This document shows positions 35,231-39,607 of a DNA stretch of 39,607 bases, one piece after another. The DNA comes from Hadesarchaea archaeon (GTDB taxonomy: Archaea > Hadarchaeota > Hadarchaeia > Hadarchaeales > WYZ-LMO6), in assembly GCA_029259185.1 (NCBI GenBank), contig JAPDJF010000017.1:1-39607 (forward strand). The letters run 5' to 3'. Position 1 is the stretch's first letter. Each line of letters starts with the position of its first letter. Position numbers and translations under genes: made by a program. The notes beneath the pieces were generated by a model. The model had not been told where the DNA came from. It saw only the letters and a list, made by a program, of their open reading frames with translations, and did no database searches.

Positions 35231-36544
35231 CTAGATTTCTCTACTCTCGTGCGCGACATGGACTTCACGTACTAGGGGTTTAGCCAAATGTCTGCGACAT
35301 CTAGGAGGAACTTCGAAAATACGTAGAAGTATCTTTCGGGGGAGGCGGATGGTCTCCGCTTTTCCCTCGGGCGCGTTTATCTTACATTTTTTACACGAGT
35401 ATCCCTTCCCTTTTCCCTCGGACTTCATCCGTCTCCCACACCGGGGGCACGTTGGATTCCTTTTTTCTACTAGAGGGACGAGTTTCAGAATAGAAATTTT
35501 CTCTAGATTAACGGTCAGGGGTAAATTCGGTTTTTCTTTTACCCCACCAAAAACTCTGACTTTGTCCCCGATTACTAAGCTTCGAGCGATTTCTCTAAAT
35601 TTTCGGGTTGGCTCATAAGCCGCACAGTCGATCTCCCCACTTCCGTTTTTCACGCTGAATATCACGTGCCCCCCCGGTATCGTCCTCGGGGCGCGACAGA
35701 CGGTTCCATCAACGATTACGGATCGGTAAGGTTTAACTTCAGAGATCTTCTTCAGTCTGAGATAATGTTCGTCTGTTCCTTGATTAGTCTTATAGGTTAT
35801 CATGAAATCTACTGGTTCTAGTGTCCTTACTAATTTGCTCGCTTTCTCCACAGCTTCGGGGGTCTCTCCGCGGATTCCGTACAGGATGGGACAAGGTGTG
35901 TGGGGTGTGATCCTTATCTCTCCGGTAAGTGGATCCAAGTTGTCAAACGTTTCAGGATAGGTTTCGGCGTTCATCCGGAAGACGGATTCAGCATCGATTT
36001 TTCGAGGGGTTCCCCAGTTTTCACGTATCCGGTAAGCAATGAGTTCAAAGGTCCAATCCCGATCGAGTGGGTGCCCGATAGCAGCCAACGCACCTATGAC
36101 ACCGTTGCCGAGTTTAAACTTGTGGATTTCTGCTTCCACCTCCTTGGCTAACTCTTCAGCCTCCTTCAGATCTACGACTTCTTGGACAGTTTTCTTGCTG
36201 AAAGTTTTCAGGCACTTTGGGATATCTTCAGACTCGTAAAAAACTACTCCAGGATTCGTGGTTTCGGACCGTAGCTCCGCTAGCTCTCGAACGGTATCCA
36301 AGACGATTCTCTTCACGATGGGGATTCTCTGTCTTGATATCCTTACTTTCATGGCCACAGCACAGTTACCTCTCGTTTTGTGGGGCCACATCGGGTTAAG
36401 GCGTATGAGTTTTGGGAACCCCTCTAGTCTTCCTCCAATTTCTCGTATTCTCCGGATGATTACGGCTCCAACGTATGTGGTACACATCCCCTTTTTCGAA
36501 TCAGTGTCATCGATTCCGATGTTGAGTATAACCAAGGATACCAT
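35231..36544 (-). CDS. tiaS: tRNA(Ile2) 2-agmatinylcytidine synthetase
   Basis: IGIDDTDS..GMCTTY, LIRLNP..P.KTRGN, G.GVIGALAA, PHTPCPILYGIRG, TNQGTD.H, GGHV, AAYEPT, C..CG..M.S.G, RRHLAKP; start ATG 36544 is uncertain. Confidence 0.93.
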   Translation of the reverse strand: MVSLVILNIGIDDTDSKKGMCTTYVGAVIIRRIREIGGRLEGFPKLIRLNPMWPHKTRGNCAVAMKVRISRQRIPIVKRIVLDTVRELAELRSETTNPGVVFYESEDIPKCLKTFSKKTVQEVVDLKEAEELAKEVEAEIHKFKLGNGVIGALAAIGHPLDRDWTFELIAYRIRENWGTPRKIDAESVFRMNAETYPETFDNLDPLTGEIRITPHTPCPILYGIRGETPEAVEKASKLVRTLEPVDFMITYKTNQGTDEHYLRLKKISEVKPYRSVIVDGTVCRAPRTIPGGHVIFSVKNGSGEIDCAAYEPTRKFREIARSLVIGDKVRVFGGVKEKPNLPLTVNLEKISILKLVPLVEKRNPTCPRCGRRMKSEGKGKGYSCKKCKINAPEGKAETIRLPRKILLRIFEVPPRCRRHLAKPLVREVHVAHESREI

Positions 36545-36577
36545 AAAAACTAGGGGATTCATAAATATTTGGAATAG

Positions 36578-36890
36578 GGTTCTGTCGCGTAATCGGGGTT
36601 CGTTTTAGTTGGTATCCGCACCCAACTGGTGGGAGGGCGGTCGCGCTGAAGGGCATCCGCATCGGTTACGAGCCCAACGCCGAGGGGGAGCTCATCGAGC
36701 GGTACCCAGGGCGGTTCAGGACTTCTTGGACGGAGCCGGATGGTCGAAGGATCCGGCAGACAGTCCAATACAAGTCGAACTGGAATTCCGTTCCTCTCTC
36801 CGATGTTCCGCCAAGCGGCATGTCAAGCGGATTGGTGGGGAACGATTGCGCCCCCCATCAGTTGCGTACCCCAGATTGCGCAACAGAACC
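36578..36890. mobile_element. 313-bp MITE-like element with IS6-type terminal inverted repeats; internally highly self-complementary
   Basis: Left end GGTTCTGTCGCGTAATC vs reverse complement of right end GGTTCTGTTGCGCAATC (15/17); flanks GGAAT-AG / GGAATTAG resemble an 8-bp TSD; no transposase; GC-richer than its flanks. Confidence 0.6.
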
Positions 36891-36951
36891 GGAATTAGAG
36901 TTTGACTTCAATCCTTATGGGGGAAAAAGTGGAAATTCAAAAGGGATATAG

Positions 36952-38793
36952 GTGGATCCATGGGAGGGATTGAGACAGGAGGTAGTTCGGCTCCTTGATG
37001 AGGGACTTTCCGGTCTAAGGTGGCGAGTATCGAGAAGCCTAGAAGAGACGTTGGAGGAACCACCAGACCCGAGGTTCGGTGACATAGCTACTACGGTGGG
37101 GTTCGAGCTTTCCAAAACGTTACGGGAAAACCCCCAATCAATCGCTAAGGAGCTGGTTGGGAAGATAAAACCTAGAGGACTGATAGAGCGGATTGAGCCT
37201 GTGGGTGGATATGTTAATTTTTTCGTCGAGTTCTCTAAGTTTGGTGAGCTAACGTTGGAGGCAATAGAACGCTTTGGAGAAAGATATGGGCATCTCGACA
37301 TAGGGAATGATCAGAAAGTGGTGATCGAGCACACGAGTGTCAATCCTACAAAACCATTGCATATCGGACATGGGCGAAATGCGATCATCGGGGACACCAT
37401 GGCCCGGGTATTTCGGGCATTGGGTTATCGGGTTGAGGTCCAGAACTACATAGATGACTTAGGGAGGCAGGTGGCCGAGACCCTAGTAGCATACGATGAA
37501 GTTAAGGAAAAGCCGAAAGGAAAATTCGATCATGTGCTTGGGATCATCTATGCCCAGTTGCATGAACGTCTTGAGGAAGATCTCGAGTTAGAGCAGAAAG
37601 TTCGAGGAGTCCTAGCTAGTCTCGAGAGGGGAGAGAAAGCCATATCTGAAGTGGCGCGCAGGTTATGTGAGCGTTGTGTCAAAGCGAACCTGCTTACCAC
37701 GGACAGACTGGGTATAAGTTACGATTTACTCGTGTGGGAAAGCGATGTGGTTCGCTCTGGTATCTTGGGAGAAGTTCTTGACCGTTTGAGGGCCACTCCT
37801 TATTTGGTGGAAGGCACTGGCGATAAATCTGGAACACTCGTTCTTCGATTTCCAGATGGGATAGAGGACAAAGTCTTGATCCGCTCTAATGGGACGGCAG
37901 TGTACACGGCGAGAGACATAGCATATCAGGTGTGGAAGTTTGGTTGTACTAAAGCTGGACTGAGGTTTCGATTCCACTCTAAGAGAAAGGATGGAGTGAA
38001 AACTTATACCACTTCGCCTAAGGGAAAAGCGATGCGAAGATTCGGTCGTGCGGATAAAGTGATAAACGTGGTGGGATCTGAACAGAAATTTCCTCAGCGT
38101 GTTGTCTTCGCTTCCCTCAAGCTCATGGGTCTTGAACAACAGTTTCGTAATTCTTATCATTTAGCTTACGAACATGTTCGCCTTCCCGATCAACGGTTTT
38201 CGGGGAGGAAGGGGACATGGATGGGCTTCTCCGTAGACGATGTTTTAGAAGAGACGATATCTAGGGCGAGGGCCGTGATGGAAGAGCGAGCTGGTACTAC
38301 CGATGAAAGGTTCAAACGAAGGGTCGCTGAATCCGTTGGGGTAGGGGCGCTGAGATTTTCCCTCCTGAGTACCTCCCCCGAGAAAGAAATAGTGTTCAAA
38401 TGGGAAGAAGCATTAGACTTCGATAGGAACAGTGGCCCAGCTATCCAATATTCTTATGCAAGAGCTTGTAGCATTTTGCGAAAGATCGGAAAGTACAAAT
38501 CCAAGCGCGTCCCTCCAACTTTTAGACTCCCAGAAGAGAAGAGCGTTCTCAAATTACTTGCAAAATATCCCGGAATTCTGCGCGCGGTTGGAGAGAAACT
38601 CCAGCCGAACATCCTAGCACGCTATGTGGCGGAGTTAGCTTTGGAGTTTAATAAGTTCTATGAGGCCGCTCCGGTGATCGAAGCCGAAACCCCGGAGATT
38701 AGGGTTTCTCGTTTGAGATTGGTGAAATGCACTAGGATCGTTTTGAAGAATTCCATGCGTCTGTTAGGTATTCCGGTGCTGGAGCGTATGTGA
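36952..38793 (+). CDS. argS: Arginyl-tRNA synthetase
   Basis: PP...FGD, EHTSVNPTKPLHIGHGRN, DDLGRQ, FSGRKG, GP.IQYSYARA, FNKFY, LLGI...ERM end. Confidence 0.96.
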   Translation: MDPWEGLRQEVVRLLDEGLSGLRWRVSRSLEETLEEPPDPRFGDIATTVGFELSKTLRENPQSIAKELVGKIKPRGLIERIEPVGGYVNFFVEFSKFGELTLEAIERFGERYGHLDIGNDQKVVIEHTSVNPTKPLHIGHGRNAIIGDTMARVFRALGYRVEVQNYIDDLGRQVAETLVAYDEVKEKPKGKFDHVLGIIYAQLHERLEEDLELEQKVRGVLASLERGEKAISEVARRLCERCVKANLLTTDRLGISYDLLVWESDVVRSGILGEVLDRLRATPYLVEGTGDKSGTLVLRFPDGIEDKVLIRSNGTAVYTARDIAYQVWKFGCTKAGLRFRFHSKRKDGVKTYTTSPKGKAMRRFGRADKVINVVGSEQKFPQRVVFASLKLMGLEQQFRNSYHLAYEHVRLPDQRFSGRKGTWMGFSVDDVLEETISRARAVMEERAGTTDERFKRRVAESVGVGALRFSLLSTSPEKEIVFKWEEALDFDRNSGPAIQYSYARACSILRKIGKYKSKRVPPTFRLPEEKSVLKLLAKYPGILRAVGEKLQPNILARYVAELALEFNKFYEAAPVIEAETPEIRVSRLRLVKCTRIVLKNSMRLLGIPVLERM

Positions 38794-38878
38794 CCTCGAC
38801 ACGAGCGATAACTTTCAACTACCTCTCCCTCCCCGAAAATCGCTTAAAAACACTGATAGAGCTTTCCATGGTGGAAGA

Positions 38879-39118
38879 TTGGGAGCAAAGGTGAAGGCTT
38901 TTCGAAGAAGGCTGGACCGGGAGGGCAGACTCCTACTCCCTAAGCTCCTCCAGAGAAGTCTTTCCACCGATATCAGAATATTGGGTTCAAATCCGATCAC
39001 AGTTTTGTACCCAGGATCTATGGATCTCATCGAAGCGGAGAGACATCTCTCTCACTTGCTTGTTGAAGTAAGAAGAAAAATTCATGAGGATTCACTGGGG
39101 AGCTACCAGACTTACTGA
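38879..39118 (+). CDS. Small AbrB/SpoVT/MraZ-like protein
   Basis: RRLDREGRLLLPK swapped-hairpin-type motif. Confidence 0.5.
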   Translation: MGAKVKAFRRRLDREGRLLLPKLLQRSLSTDIRILGSNPITVLYPGSMDLIEAERHLSHLLVEVRRKIHEDSLGSYQTY

Positions 39119-39239
39119 TTTCGGGTTGGAAGCGTAGCTAAACTTGTTGCGATCGAGGAAAAGTATTAACAAACATTGCAGGCTGTTTCAAGTTCAAATA
39201 AGCTTTTGTTCTGTAAGGCGTATTTACCTTGGGATAAAA

Positions 39240-39607
39240 TTGGAAGTGATCCAATCCGTTCAGTTCAGATATGAACCGAACGAGCAGATTCGGCAGTTAT
39301 TGAAAGATTACCTAGATATGGTGAACTCCTGCATCCGGGCGGCGGTAGAGGCAAGAGTAACTTCCTTGGGCAGGATTCACCACCTTACTTACGCGAAGCT
39401 CAAAAAGCGATACGACTACAACACCCAGTTTTTGGTTACGGCATATCGAACAGCTCTCTCCATTGTCAGGTCGTGGAGGAAGCACAAGCACAAAGGGATC
39501 CCCGTGGCCAAGCGTCCAATTGTCAGGCTCTCGAAGCTCGTCTCGAAACTGAACTCCGATGGTACTCTGAGGATATCCATCAGGCCGAGGGAGTTTGTAA
39601 CCCTGAA
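39240..39607 (+). mobile_element. tnpB: TnpB-like (IS200/IS605 OrfB) gene, 5' part, truncated by the window end
   Basis: Open frame from TTG 39240: EVIQSVQFRYEP...LLKDYLDMVN.CI...TSLGRIHHLTYAKLK....A...A..IVRSWRK....P..KRP....GTLRISIRPREFV; RuvC domain not visible. Confidence 0.75.

Noticed and set aside
36578-36900. SRP RNA, RNase P RNA or T-box leader of argS
   Set aside because: No CAGG-CCCGGAAGGG-AGCAG helix 8; no GAGGAAAGUCC/CAGAAA/UGAAAC RNase P conserved regions (ACAGAACC is explained by the terminal repeat); no GGTGGNACC antiterminator
39180-39205. GTTTCAAG as a CRISPR repeat start upstream of tnpB
   Set aside because: Single occurrence with no array

Overview
Archaeal chromosomal segment of mostly housekeeping genes. 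The gene set (TopoVI, aIF-1A/Rio1/KH operon, Alba, TiaS, EndoQ, LeuA/CimA) points to a euryarchaeal-type, probably thermophilic anaerobe; the exact lineage cannot be established from sequence alone. It carries about 38 CDSs and four tRNA genes, all intron-containing: Arg-CCG, Trp-CCA with a box C/D intron, Asn-GTT with two introns, and Ile2-CAT with three. The strongest novel signal is in tRNA-Asn and tRNA-Ile2. They carry bulge-helix-bulge (BHB) introns at the acceptor/D-arm junction (positions 8/9 and 9/10), where the BHB central helix consumes the 5' acceptor strand. These two genes, but not the Arg and Trp genes, are preceded by a short leader that copies the 5' acceptor strand and could act as a decoy pairing with the 3' acceptor strand during splicing. 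Other notable items are a five-copy TGTAGG-N7-CCTACA palindrome array between two divergent HTH genes followed by an ExeA-like AAA ATPase; a 313-bp MITE-like element with IS6-type ends and a rod-like internal fold; a toxin-antitoxin islet bounded by a repeat of the tRNA-Trp 3' end; a glutamine synthetase lacking the Glu flap residue; a minimal kinase-like protein; an unannotated Cys-rich microprotein; an Mth938-like pseudogene; and a truncated TnpB at the window end. All protein calls come from motif recognition by eye; no database searches were run.
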